NCBI GenBank assembly: GCA_036677365.1
Contig: JAVBWN010000012.1
Location: forward strand, 64,001-128,000
Direction: 5' to 3'
Origin: Acholeplasma sp.
Lineage (GTDB): Bacteria; Bacillota_I; Bacilli_A; Acholeplasmatales; UBA5453
DNA length: 64,000 nucleotides
The notes beneath the pieces are model-generated. The model was not told where the DNA came from and did no database searches. It was given only the letters and a program-made list of their open reading frames with translations. Both the position numbers and the translations under genes were made by a program. Positions 30,280 through 40,388 of this stretch are shown one piece after another. Numbering within the stretch: position 1 is the first letter of the stretch; each line of letters opens with the position of its first letter.

Positions 30280-32135
30280 TTAAATGTGTTCTCTTAGACA
30301 TAGGTAATACACTGGTATCCAAGAGTGGAAATAATGTCGTAGCACCAGTATTGAAAATGGATATTTTGAGATTAAGAAAACAAGGCATTAAGGTTGGTGT
30401 TGCATCTATGAGAACATATGACCTTGCAAAAAGAATTCTTAATGGAATTGATTTTGATTTCTATATATGTTTAAGCGGTGCGCAAATATTTGTGGATGAT
30501 AAACTTTGTTATGATCAACCAATAGATTATCAAGAATCAGCACATCCTTATGTAATTTATTACAGTAACTCAGAAACCTATGCACTCGATGAAGTATCGG
30601 CGAAACTTGGTAGGGAAAAAGGGTTTGTCGTTGAAACAGTCAAATCGAGTCATACGGAAAACCTATATAATGTTTCGTTACTCGATGTAGAGGGAACAGA
30701 AGTAGATTCGTACAAATCAACATACCATACAGAGTATTGGAGTAGAATTAAAGTTTTGGTGCTCCAAAATCCATTGACATCCAAAGCGAATGCAGTTGAT
30801 TTTATAGCAAATTACTATGGGTTCAAACATGATGAACTATTGGGATTTGGTGATGGCCCCAATGATATCGAGTTTCTATCGAGATGTGGCATATCTGTAG
30901 CCATGGGGAAAAATTATAAGGAACTGATGGATTCAACTACTTTTGCGACTGACAAGGAAGGCAATTTAGGCGTTTCCAAAGCTTTAAGGAAATTAGGATT
31001 AATCCAGGATAAAGTGATTCTATTCATCGAATCAGTTAACGAAATCGGTGGTATGGAAATGCACGGTATGTATTTTATGGATTACTTTAAAGAATACACT
31101 GAACTTATCGTAGTTACTCATCAAAACAACAATAATGTTATTGTCTATAAAAACAATACTTGGATTAATGCAAGGATTGATGACATAGGTGTTTTTATAA
31201 AAGAATATGATGCACCAAACACAATGGTTTTCTTCAATTCGGGTCATTGGATTGAAGAAATGTCATTAATACGATATGCATGCCCAAAATCAACCATATT
31301 TTATAGAACTGGTGGCAATGACATCATATCCTCACCAATGCTTGATTTAACGATGAAAGCTAGCGATCGAAGAGTGTTTTGGAAAAACACAATTAATGAG
31401 GTTGTTAATCACCTCATAACCAATAGCGACTTAACAGAACGAAGACTTGTTGATTTTGGTATTAAAAATCATATTCTATACAAGGTGGTTGGAGGCGTGA
31501 ATGTTGCCATAATTCAACAACTGAATGATCAATATTTTGATATCCGAACGGAACTTTTTACACATGAAGGTAGGATTAATTTAGTATCAGTAACAAGATT
31601 TGAACCTTATAAACGAGTAGAGTTGTTGTTACAGACCATGAGTTTATTGGATAGCCATTTATATCATCTTTATTTGATTGGAAATGGACCTTTATTCAAT
31701 GAACTATATAATAAATACAATCATTTGGAACAGGTGACTTTTTTAGGAAAACAAGCACATGATACTGCTTTAAAATATATTTGTGCAGCAGATTTCTATA
31801 TACAATTTAGCGGAGACACTGTGACCAATCTAGATGGATTAACATATATCCATACGGAGGGAATGGGAAGAACCTTACTAGAAGCAATTACTGCAAGAAC
31901 ACGAGTCATCGTAACAAGATGTGGTGCGTTTGAAGAAATAATTGATGACACCCGTGGTGTGATTATGGATAGTAGTGACCCTAAAGAATTATCTATCATA
32001 ATCAAAGAACAGCAAAAGATAGAAAAAGAAAAACAAGCTTTAGAAATTTATGATTTTGATCATGTATTCAACCGATATTTGAATTTGTGGTGGCGGGATG
32101 AAAAAAATACTCATTATAGCAGCGAAACTATATAA
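30276..32135 (+). CDS. Fusion of Cof-type HAD phosphatase and GT4 glycosyltransferase
   Basis: N-terminal LLDIGNTL...VASMR...SKANAV...FGDGPNDIEFL (HAD); C-terminal IGGMEMH...VTRFEPYKRV...IGNGP...EGMGRTLLEA (GT-B/GT4). Confidence 0.8.
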   Translation: MIKCVLLDIGNTLVSKSGNNVVAPVLKMDILRLRKQGIKVGVASMRTYDLAKRILNGIDFDFYICLSGAQIFVDDKLCYDQPIDYQESAHPYVIYYSNSETYALDEVSAKLGREKGFVVETVKSSHTENLYNVSLLDVEGTEVDSYKSTYHTEYWSRIKVLVLQNPLTSKANAVDFIANYYGFKHDELLGFGDGPNDIEFLSRCGISVAMGKNYKELMDSTTFATDKEGNLGVSKALRKLGLIQDKVILFIESVNEIGGMEMHGMYFMDYFKEYTELIVVTHQNNNNVIVYKNNTWINARIDDIGVFIKEYDAPNTMVFFNSGHWIEEMSLIRYACPKSTIFYRTGGNDIISSPMLDLTMKASDRRVFWKNTINEVVNHLITNSDLTERRLVDFGIKNHILYKVVGGVNVAIIQQLNDQYFDIRTELFTHEGRINLVSVTRFEPYKRVELLLQTMSLLDSHLYHLYLIGNGPLFNELYNKYNHLEQVTFLGKQAHDTALKYICAADFYIQFSGDTVTNLDGLTYIHTEGMGRTLLEAITARTRVIVTRCGAFEEIIDDTRGVIMDSSDPKELSIIIKEQQKIEKEKQALEIYDFDHVFNRYLNLWWRDEKNTHYSSETI

Positions 32136-33219
32136 CGATCCTACAGGTGGTGGTGGAACTGTACTTAAAACACTTATTGATACTTTAATCGACGACTATC
32201 AATTGGACTTAATTTTATATAGAACACCTGTGAAAGATTATTATCAACATCCACAATTAAAAACATACTTTCATCCTATTAAATTTCGAAGTCTCAACAA
32301 ATTCGAAAGACGCATTAAAAATATAGAATGGAATATGCAGTACTTGAATGATAATCATGATTTATATTCTTACGAAAAAATCATCATCGTTCACATCAGC
32401 AAACTCTTTGGTTTTGAGATTTTATCCAAGGACATTTTAGCTAAAACGATCATTTTCCCCATGTATTTAACACCTTCATATAAACGTTCAAATGAAGTCG
32501 TTAGCGATGCTTATTTTGATGCAGAAAAAAGAGTTTTAGGACTTGTGGGAAAGATTATAACACCAAGTTTAAGTGAAAAAGAAGATTTGTTACAATTCTA
32601 TCAAGTTGATGAAAGTAAGATTAAAGTAATACCTAGGGGAATAGACAATGTTTTCTTAAATGAGCAGCGACTTGGGTTTCATTTCCCTATAAAATTAATC
32701 ACAGTATCGTCAATCAAACCTCAAAAGAATGTACTCGAATCCATTAAGATTTTAAAGACATTGAGGTCGTTAGGACATAATGTAGTTTTATCGATCATAG
32801 GCAAAGTTGAAGTTCAACATCTTTATGAAGAACTTATTTCATGTATTGATTCAACTGAAATGTCACCATATGTTGATGTTATTCAAGGCTTACCTTTAGA
32901 TTTAGTAGCAGAAGAAATGCATAAAGCAGATCTATTGGTTTTACCCTCTCGATGGGAAACTTTTGGACGTGTTGTGTATGAAGGTTTAGCTTCAGGAATG
33001 CCAGCAGTTATCAAAGACAATATAGATTGTTTTAGTCACTTATATAAACAGCAGTTTATTGCTCCCTACGATACCGTCAATGAAGCGGTTAAAAAAATTG
33101 CTTATTGGATCGATCACTTGGATGAGTATAAGGAAGCATCAAAATTAGCTATCGATTTTTCTATACAGTTCTTGTCTGAATTAGAAAGAAAGCGTCTTTA
33201 TGAGGAAATAACATGTTAG
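32098..33219 (+). CDS. GT4 glycosyltransferase
   Basis: TGGGG, VIPRGID, KPQKN, ADLLVLPSRWETFGRVVYEGLASG. Confidence 0.85.
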   Translation: MKKILIIAAKLYNDPTGGGGTVLKTLIDTLIDDYQLDLILYRTPVKDYYQHPQLKTYFHPIKFRSLNKFERRIKNIEWNMQYLNDNHDLYSYEKIIIVHISKLFGFEILSKDILAKTIIFPMYLTPSYKRSNEVVSDAYFDAEKRVLGLVGKIITPSLSEKEDLLQFYQVDESKIKVIPRGIDNVFLNEQRLGFHFPIKLITVSSIKPQKNVLESIKILKTLRSLGHNVVLSIIGKVEVQHLYEELISCIDSTEMSPYVDVIQGLPLDLVAEEMHKADLLVLPSRWETFGRVVYEGLASGMPAVIKDNIDCFSHLYKQQFIAPYDTVNEAVKKIAYWIDHLDEYKEASKLAIDFSIQFLSELERKRLYEEITC

Positions 33220-34271
33220 GACTTGTCGTCTTAGGTACTAGGCCTGAAGCAATCAAATTAATACCATTAATTCAAAAGTGCTTTAGTGAAGAAATTCCAC
33301 TAAAGATTCTTTCGACAGAACAACACTTTGATGCAGTTCAAACTTTATTTTCAGATAATCATATCAAAATCGATTATCGGTTAGTTCCAAAAAAATACCC
33401 AGACCTTGTATCTCAAACAACAGATTACTTATCGGCAATAAATTCACTCATTAACGATGAAAATTTCGACTTTATTATTAGCCAAGGTGATACAATTTCA
33501 GCTTATGTAGGTATGTTATATGCCTACTTGAGCAAAATAGATTATCTTTACATTGAATCGGGTTTAAGAACAAATGATTTTATGAATCCATTCCCCGAAG
33601 AAGGTCTAAGAACCATGATGAGTCACATTGCAAGAATGAATTTTGTACCTACAAAGCAAGAACAGACCAATCTCGAACTTGAAGGTATTGATAACAATAA
33701 AATAAAGATTGTCGGAAACACAGGTATAGATTATCTCATTAACCATATGAGTAATCAAAATGTTAACACAGTTCCGAAAAGTGTTTTGATTACAATCCAT
33801 AGAAGAGAGAACTGGCCACATTTACATGACTTTTTCTATAGGTTAGCTGAGTATGCAAAAAAACGCTCAGATGTTACATTCGTTTATCCTATACACTTTA
33901 ACCCTGAGATTCAAAGAAAAGCTTATCAATTATTATCTAATATACCTAATATTAGGATTGAAGAACCATTGGTTTCTGAGAAATTTTATACTGTATTATC
34001 ATCATCTGAAATGATTATTACGGACAGTGGAGGTGTACAGGAAGAGGCGACCTATTTAAATAAAAAAGTCGTCATCATACGTGATAAAATCGAAAGACTA
34101 TTTTTGAGTAAGTGTATCAAACAAGTCTCAATAACGGATAAACATTTATTTATTACGATTAATGATCTGCTAGAAATACCTCTAGTAGAAAAACCAAATA
34201 ATCTAGTGTATGGCGATGGATTTGCATCAGAAAGAATAGTTGAATGGATAAAAGAGGAGTATCGAAGATGA
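33213..34271 (+). CDS. wecB: UDP-N-acetylglucosamine 2-epimerase (non-hydrolysing)
   Basis: GTRPEAIKL, QGDT, ESGLRT, PFPEE, VGNT, TIHRREN, TDSGGVQEEA. Confidence 0.9.
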   Translation: MLGLVVLGTRPEAIKLIPLIQKCFSEEIPLKILSTEQHFDAVQTLFSDNHIKIDYRLVPKKYPDLVSQTTDYLSAINSLINDENFDFIISQGDTISAYVGMLYAYLSKIDYLYIESGLRTNDFMNPFPEEGLRTMMSHIARMNFVPTKQEQTNLELEGIDNNKIKIVGNTGIDYLINHMSNQNVNTVPKSVLITIHRRENWPHLHDFFYRLAEYAKKRSDVTFVYPIHFNPEIQRKAYQLLSNIPNIRIEEPLVSEKFYTVLSSSEMIITDSGGVQEEATYLNKKVVIIRDKIERLFLSKCIKQVSITDKHLFITINDLLEIPLVEKPNNLVYGDGFASERIVEWIKEEYRR

Positions 34272-35434
34272 ATATAACAATCATAGGTTTGGGTTATATT
34301 GGGTTCCCAGTAGCGATAAAATTAGCGGAAGCTGGTTTTCACATTCATGGTTATGATATCGATAGTCAGAGAATACAGGATATAGAAACTGGTAATTTCA
34401 ACATACAAGAACCTGAACTATATGAAAGATATCATGCAGTAAAATCAAATTTATCCATATCGACTAAATTGGTTAAATCAAGTACATATATTGTTACAGT
34501 TCAGACACCAGTAGATCAAAATAATAAAGCCGATGTTAGTTATGTAAATAGAGCACTTCAAGACATTGGGAAGTTTTTGTCAAAAGGTGATTTGGTTATT
34601 TTAGAGTCCACTGTCCCACCATATTCAAATGAGGTTTTTCATGCGTATCTTTCTGAGATTTCTCAAATAAATATCAATGATTTCGATTATGCATACTGTC
34701 CTGAAACGATACAACCCGGCAATGTTTTTTATGAATTGTCAACCAATCCGAGAGTAATTGGAAGTATTAATGAGCGTGCCTTTAAGCGTACTGAGTTGAT
34801 ATATAGCAAACTCACCAAAGGTAAGATTACGCATACGAACTACATAACAGCTGAGCATGTCAAAATCATGCAAAATGCATATAGAGATTACGAGATTGCT
34901 TTTGCAAACGCATTATCGATTTATTGTGACCAACATCGAATGAATGTGTTTGAACTTATTGGTCTAATTAATCAACACCCAAGAGCGAAAGTGTTGAATC
35001 CTGGCGTTGGCGTTGGTGGTCATTGCTTACCCGTTGATACGTTATTCATTATTGAGAAATCGAGCTTCGAGCCAATCATATTTTCAAGAAACATGAACAA
35101 CCATAAAACAGACTATGTCGTTGAAAAAATAATGAGTCAAGCACCAAAAAAAGTTATCCTTTTTGGTGCTACTTATAAACCGAACTCTGATGATTTAAGA
35201 CATTCACCTAGCATTGAAATAGCAAATCAGTTGATAAGTATTAATATTGAGGTTCTCTTTTGTGAACCCAATATAAATCAAGAGTTTATCTATGGTATTA
35301 AGAACATAAAGTTTGATGAAGCAATTAAGATAAAATCTCTTAAAGTCATCACTCAAAAGCACGATGTTTTCATCAAGGGATATGACAATTTTGGAAAGAT
35401 TGATTTTATTGACTTTGTTGGACTAGATTCTTAA
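34268..35434 (+). CDS. wecC: UDP-N-acetyl-D-mannosamine dehydrogenase-like nucleotide-sugar dehydrogenase
   Basis: IGLGYIG, VQTP, ESTVPP, YCPE, NAYRD..IAFAN, PGVGVGGHCLPVD, YKPNSDDLRHSP. Confidence 0.85.
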   Translation: MNITIIGLGYIGFPVAIKLAEAGFHIHGYDIDSQRIQDIETGNFNIQEPELYERYHAVKSNLSISTKLVKSSTYIVTVQTPVDQNNKADVSYVNRALQDIGKFLSKGDLVILESTVPPYSNEVFHAYLSEISQININDFDYAYCPETIQPGNVFYELSTNPRVIGSINERAFKRTELIYSKLTKGKITHTNYITAEHVKIMQNAYRDYEIAFANALSIYCDQHRMNVFELIGLINQHPRAKVLNPGVGVGGHCLPVDTLFIIEKSSFEPIIFSRNMNNHKTDYVVEKIMSQAPKKVILFGATYKPNSDDLRHSPSIEIANQLISINIEVLFCEPNINQEFIYGIKNIKFDEAIKIKSLKVITQKHDVFIKGYDNFGKIDFIDFVGLDS

Positions 35435-35602
35435 ATAGGTTGAAGATTAGCAGCCAAACATCTTTAAAAACTAGGATAATAGACACAAAGAACAATTTAA
35501 ATAGCAAGTCTATAAAAATTTAAATACAGCGATAAGATCAAATTTGGAATAAAAAATTTTTAATAAGTATAGGAGATATTATGTTATGAAAAATATATTA
35601 GC

Positions 35603-36076
35603 ATGTTCTTATTTATATTATTCTCAATGATATTGTTTGCATGCAACAGCTCGGAAACGAATAATGAAGTATTTGCAGTTGTTCATTACGATAATAGTAT
35701 GTGGAGTTCGACCAATGGTAAAATAATATTTGGTACATCTTCATTCTCTAGTTCTAAGCCTGTTTATTTTTATAACGAGAAAAAGAATGCGATTCAACTT
35801 CAGCCATCAAAAAATGGGAATATAATTAGCAATATTGATGCAGAATGGGAAAAGATTTTTTCAATTGAGTCGATAGGAATGCAACAAGTTTATTTTCTTA
35901 ATAATGTCACAAGTAAATATGAACTCATTAATGAAAATGAAATAGAGGTTTATAAAATTACAATACACACAGAAGCATCTTCAACGATTATTATTAATGA
36001 AATATTTGTTATAAGAGTCGAAGATATATCTGCATTTGAGTTTAATTATAAAGTTGAAGAATTAAAAGACAGATAA
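35603..36076 (+). CDS. Putative lipoprotein (signal peptide start apparently frameshifted)
   Basis: Hydrophobic stretch ending in lipobox LFAC; the RBS-linked ATG at 35586 is one base out of frame. Confidence 0.55.
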   Translation: MFLFILFSMILFACNSSETNNEVFAVVHYDNSMWSSTNGKIIFGTSSFSSSKPVYFYNEKKNAIQLQPSKNGNIISNIDAEWEKIFSIESIGMQQVYFLNNVTSKYELINENEIEVYKITIHTEASSTIIINEIFVIRVEDISAFEFNYKVEELKDR

Positions 36077-36228
36077 TTAAAATTAATCTTATTCTATCAA
36101 TATTCCAATAGCGAATAATACAATTGAGTAGCGTTCGTACTAACAGTTTATGAAAAGAGATCGAAAAAACATCGTAGTAAAATGTTACAAAATGTAATAC
36201 ATTTAACATAATAGGAAGAAGTGAGACA

Positions 36229-37317
36229 ATGGGTTATATAAACTACACATTAAAAGATAACGAAATTATTCAAAATAGATACGATTCCATGAAGCCTCTA
36301 AAAATAGGCATAAAGATAGTTGAACCAAAGTTGGATTGTGTATATTGTAAACTGGTATTCGACGATGCATTAAAACTTTATAATCATATTAAAAATGTGC
36401 ATAATGTGGTTAAACCTGTCACTATTGTTAATGGAAAAATACCCAGTCAATCTGGGGATTATTATATCGATCATGTCGATGAAGTTTTAGTTCTTATGTA
36501 TGGCAGTAAACAGATTGTGCTTATAGATAAACTAGTTCAAGAAACCTCAAGTGATACCTACAATCTAACAGAAATAATTAGAACTAGATTATCTCATAAT
36601 AGTGAAGTAATTTTATCGGTTGGAGATTTTTCGTTAAGAATCATTAAGTACAACATAGACTCGATTAAAAATCCAATCGTCCATGACACTATCAAACTGT
36701 GGAATCAAGCCACTTTTAACAATACACCGATTCGAATGATAAATACGGATGAACTTAATCATGCTGAAAAAAAATATATTGAAGCTTTTTATAACTATTT
36801 CATTGCATGTAATGCGAATGGTACAGATAAAGTGAATCGTTATATGGATGCGTATTCGAGACTTCAATCTTTCGAAACGATAAATACATTAGCGAAAACA
36901 ATTCTGAAAGTAATAGCGTTAAAGATGAATTGGATTGACCGTTTAGAACACTTGTCGTTTGAAGAGGATATCTTTAAGATACTTATTGATTTTTTTCACT
37001 TTAAGAATCCACAAATCAGGCTACAGGAATCAGGGCAAGAACAGTTATTTATCGAAAATGAATTAGAGATTCAAATTCGAACCATGCTTAACTTCATGCA
37101 AAGAAATAATGATGAAGTCAAAGCCTATGTCCATAACAAGGACTATTACTTAGATACTCAAGACATCAACGCTAAGGATCGAACATTATTCATACTATAT
37201 AGATATTTTCAATTGATTGAAAATTCTAAGAATGCATCTGGAATTATTGAAGCCTTTACAAGTGATACTCTACGTGAATTATGCAAAAATAACATGAATG
37301 AAATACAAGGAGGCTAA
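36229..37317 (+). CDS. Hypothetical protein with an N-terminal C2H2-type zinc finger
   Basis: CVYCKLVFDDALKLYNHIKNVH = CxxC-x12-H-x4-H with the conserved F and L; helical C-terminus. Confidence 0.65.
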   Translation: MGYINYTLKDNEIIQNRYDSMKPLKIGIKIVEPKLDCVYCKLVFDDALKLYNHIKNVHNVVKPVTIVNGKIPSQSGDYYIDHVDEVLVLMYGSKQIVLIDKLVQETSSDTYNLTEIIRTRLSHNSEVILSVGDFSLRIIKYNIDSIKNPIVHDTIKLWNQATFNNTPIRMINTDELNHAEKKYIEAFYNYFIACNANGTDKVNRYMDAYSRLQSFETINTLAKTILKVIALKMNWIDRLEHLSFEEDIFKILIDFFHFKNPQIRLQESGQEQLFIENELEIQIRTMLNFMQRNNDEVKAYVHNKDYYLDTQDINAKDRTLFILYRYFQLIENSKNASGIIEAFTSDTLRELCKNNMNEIQGG

Positions 37318-38428
37318 AGAAGTGAGTCAGAAAAAAAATAATAAAAAAGAAGTAGATGTATCCAATTTAATCGATGAAATTCAAGGGAAAGAATTAGCTC
37401 TAGCAATTTTAAATGATTCAAAAGCACCAACTAATATCGAAAAATTGATTGTGGACAACATCAAAAATAAGAGTCTTTCAATCCACGCTTTGAAAGCTGT
37501 TTTAGACGTGATTGATAATCGATTTAGATTGCATAAAATTAACATTCTATTAAAACTCTATACTGCTTTAAAAGATATTAAAACTAATGACATAACGGCA
37601 CATGACTTAATTCGAGCTTACATTTTAGATGCTGTAGTGACCATATTGGATGAGATTAAAAGTGAATACATTCATGAAGAGAATCAATCTTTTTTTACTA
37701 CTAACGGAGGGTTAAAATCTTTTTATGAGGATACCTTTAATAAAATGAGGTTTGCCAAAAATCTTGATTTTATTAGCCCTGCTAAGCAAAAAGATCAAAG
37801 TTTTAGATATAGTGCCATTATATGTTATATCTACAGCATGCTCTTTAATCACTTAGACACTATTACCAAGAAAAATGAACTTTATTGGCGAATTGACCGA
37901 ACTTTAGCTGAATTCTTTGCTGGTTTGACAGCCAATGATCAGTTTAAGTACATTGGAGATACTGTACTTAAAGCGTTAAATAGCAAAAATTTTAAGCAAG
38001 AACTTTCTAAACAAGTTCATTTATATGTAGCTGACCAAAATATCACTGAACTACTTATTAGTGATAAAGAAGAGTTGACAGAATCAGTTGTTAATCTTAA
38101 TAAGATGGTTACAACTTTAAAAATGAAAGTTATAGAATTAGAAACAACCAACCGCAGTTTGAATGCTGAAAATGCATTATGCAGGAAACAGAACGAATCA
38201 CTTAATGTAGAAATTAGTAAGGTGAACAATAGACTTGAATTTGAAATCAATAAGTTTGAGAAACAATACGAATCATTCAGGGAGAACGTATTATCTCAAA
38301 TTAAAAAAGATTTAGATTTAGAAATTTTAGGTGTTCGTGACATCATTGAACCTCTAAATGATGAAACGAAAGCTATGATTATTCGAAGACTTGGTCGAAT
38401 TGACAATATATTAAGTAAGAAAAACTAA
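37298..38428 (+). CDS. Hypothetical protein with a C-terminal coiled coil
   Basis: Heptad-rich C-terminal ~110 aa; overlaps the upstream gene; 11 nt before the Hsp70 gene. Confidence 0.65.
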   Translation: MKYKEAKEVSQKKNNKKEVDVSNLIDEIQGKELALAILNDSKAPTNIEKLIVDNIKNKSLSIHALKAVLDVIDNRFRLHKINILLKLYTALKDIKTNDITAHDLIRAYILDAVVTILDEIKSEYIHEENQSFFTTNGGLKSFYEDTFNKMRFAKNLDFISPAKQKDQSFRYSAIICYIYSMLFNHLDTITKKNELYWRIDRTLAEFFAGLTANDQFKYIGDTVLKALNSKNFKQELSKQVHLYVADQNITELLISDKEELTESVVNLNKMVTTLKMKVIELETTNRSLNAENALCRKQNESLNVEISKVNNRLEFEINKFEKQYESFRENVLSQIKKDLDLEILGVRDIIEPLNDETKAMIIRRLGRIDNILSKKN

Positions 38429-38439
38429 AGGAGCCCCTT

Positions 38440-39978
38440 ATGGCAAAGATAGGTATAGACTTTGGAACAACAAACTCGCTGCTTGTCGCATTTGATAAAG
38501 ACAAAAGAGAGTTTACTTATTTTAATTACATAGATAATACTCCCGTCCCAACATCCTCTACAGTATGGTATCACGATAATGATGTTGTTGTTGGTGATAT
38601 GGCTAGAGAAAAAATGTATCAATTATCAGGTGTAGATGGACATCACTTTGAACGATCGGTTAAGCTCAAGTTGGCCAATTCTGAATCGATTAATATCTTT
38701 GGTGAACGCGTTCAGCCACACAAGGTTGCAGGTCAAATTATTAATAAGCTTAAAGAAGATTCAATTCAAAAATATAAAGCAAATATTCTTGATATCGATT
38801 TAAATCGTGCTGTTTTTACCATACCAGTTAATTTTAGCGGCAAATCTCGAGAAGAGCTTAGACGTAGTGCCCATGAAGCTGGAATTGAAATTACAACTTT
38901 TATTCATGAACCGTTTGCCGCGATTGTTGCCTATTATTTTAATAAGTGTCATAAAAACCACACAAATGTTGTGCAAGAATTGGACCACTTAAACAGTCAG
39001 TACTTACTCACATTTGACTGGGGTGGAGGAACACTTGATATAACCGTTGTACAAATTGAAAATGGCAAAATATCAGAAAAAGGAACCTCAGAACTTACAA
39101 ACAGAGCAGGAGACAAATTTGATGAAGATTTAGCTCGTTATGTCTGGAGCAAATTTATCGATCAAAAAGGTAAAAAGTACAATCCTGAATACTTAGAAAA
39201 AATACGCATACAACGCTGGGGCCGATTGTTATCGATTGCTGAAAAATGTAAAATTCAGTTATCAACCGATATGCAGTCGGAGTTCATTTTGGAAAGAGTT
39301 ATGGAAAATGAAAATATTGATATCATCATTCATAGAGATGACTTCACCAAAATCATTGAAAGTACGGTGACAGATGCTCTAAACAAAATTGATGAAGCCT
39401 TAAAACAAGCTGGCATCAAAGACATAGATATTTCTAGTGTATTACTGATTGGTGGTACATGTAATATTCCAGCCATTCAAAAAGCCGTCACAAATAAATT
39501 TGGACACCGTGTTGTTACAGTAGAAAACCCTGAATTACTGATTGCACAAGGTGCAGCCATCATCTCTGAAATGGCATGGTTACCGGTCTTAACAAAAGAT
39601 ATCTTAGTTCAATTATCAGATGATTCTTATTACCCACTCTTTGAACGAAATCTGCCTATAGCCTCTAATATGAATGCAGTGAAGTCTGAAACATTTACGT
39701 GCGTTGACCATCGTGGAAAAAACGCAAAAGTAATCATTTGTGAAGGGTTAGATCAAGATGCACATAAAACTTTAGGTATTATTAATGTGCCATTATTGGG
39801 ACATGATTTGTTTGGCGACGATATTTTTGTAGAAGCTAAAATTAATCGAGATATTGTTTTGCATGTGAGTGGCTATAGCAAAATGTCGCAAGGACACAAA
39901 ACCCCAGAGCAACAGTATTCAGTTAGAAAATCTTGTGAAATCAACCAATTATGTTTTGGTTTAGACATTAAAAGGTGA
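38440..39978 (+). CDS. Atypical Hsp70-family protein (not DnaK)
   Basis: IGIDFGTTNS, TIPVNF, IHEPFAA, FDWGGGTLD, AGDKFD, AEKCKIQLS, LIGGTCNIP; short C-terminal beta domain without the DnaK lid. Confidence 0.85.
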   Translation: MAKIGIDFGTTNSLLVAFDKDKREFTYFNYIDNTPVPTSSTVWYHDNDVVVGDMAREKMYQLSGVDGHHFERSVKLKLANSESINIFGERVQPHKVAGQIINKLKEDSIQKYKANILDIDLNRAVFTIPVNFSGKSREELRRSAHEAGIEITTFIHEPFAAIVAYYFNKCHKNHTNVVQELDHLNSQYLLTFDWGGGTLDITVVQIENGKISEKGTSELTNRAGDKFDEDLARYVWSKFIDQKGKKYNPEYLEKIRIQRWGRLLSIAEKCKIQLSTDMQSEFILERVMENENIDIIIHRDDFTKIIESTVTDALNKIDEALKQAGIKDIDISSVLLIGGTCNIPAIQKAVTNKFGHRVVTVENPELLIAQGAAIISEMAWLPVLTKDILVQLSDDSYYPLFERNLPIASNMNAVKSETFTCVDHRGKNAKVIICEGLDQDAHKTLGIINVPLLGHDLFGDDIFVEAKINRDIVLHVSGYSKMSQGHKTPEQQYSVRKSCEINQLCFGLDIKR

Positions 39979-40283
39979 TTAGTATGAAACAAAAATCCAA
40001 TATCAAAATCATATCGAACATTATGTTACAAGATAAATATAAAGTTTCACCATCCTCATTTGTTCCTTGGGAACTTTTAAGAAAAGAAGAAAGAGATGTT
40101 CGTTATCATCCAAACTTGACACCACACCAATTAAATCAATTAAAGAAGCACTTGTGGTATGCGAAGAGAATCGAAAATGATGACGGTACGGTGACAATAT
40201 TAAACGAAAATGCCGAAGTTATCAAAACAATAACCGAGGATGAATATTTGGTTCAATTGATTAATAAATCTGAACATATCTAA
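39975..40283 (+). CDS. Small hypothetical protein
   Basis: GTGA overlap with the Hsp70 stop; 102 aa. Confidence 0.5.
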   Translation: MISMKQKSNIKIISNIMLQDKYKVSPSSFVPWELLRKEERDVRYHPNLTPHQLNQLKKHLWYAKRIENDDGTVTILNENAEVIKTITEDEYLVQLINKSEHI

Positions 40284-40358
40284 TCAGTAGCAAAATGAGT
40301 CTAAATAGCAGCTTTCATGTGGTTTAGAGCTTGATTTCTGCTCCATATAAGAAGCATT

Positions 40359-40388
40359 AGTCTAATACAATTTGTATTAGGCTTTTTT
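40359..40388 (+). terminator. Intrinsic terminator ending the Hsp70 operon
   Basis: AGTCTAATACA-ATT-TGTATTAGGCT hairpin plus T-run. Confidence 0.6.

Noticed and set aside
28665..35434. Ordinary capsule or enterobacterial common antigen locus
   Set aside because: No priming transferase, flippase, polymerase or chain-length genes. Not fully excluded, since these could be encoded elsewhere in the genome.
38440..39978. Housekeeping dnaK
   Set aside because: Too short, no lid domain, divergent motifs, and no grpE, dnaJ or hrcA nearby.
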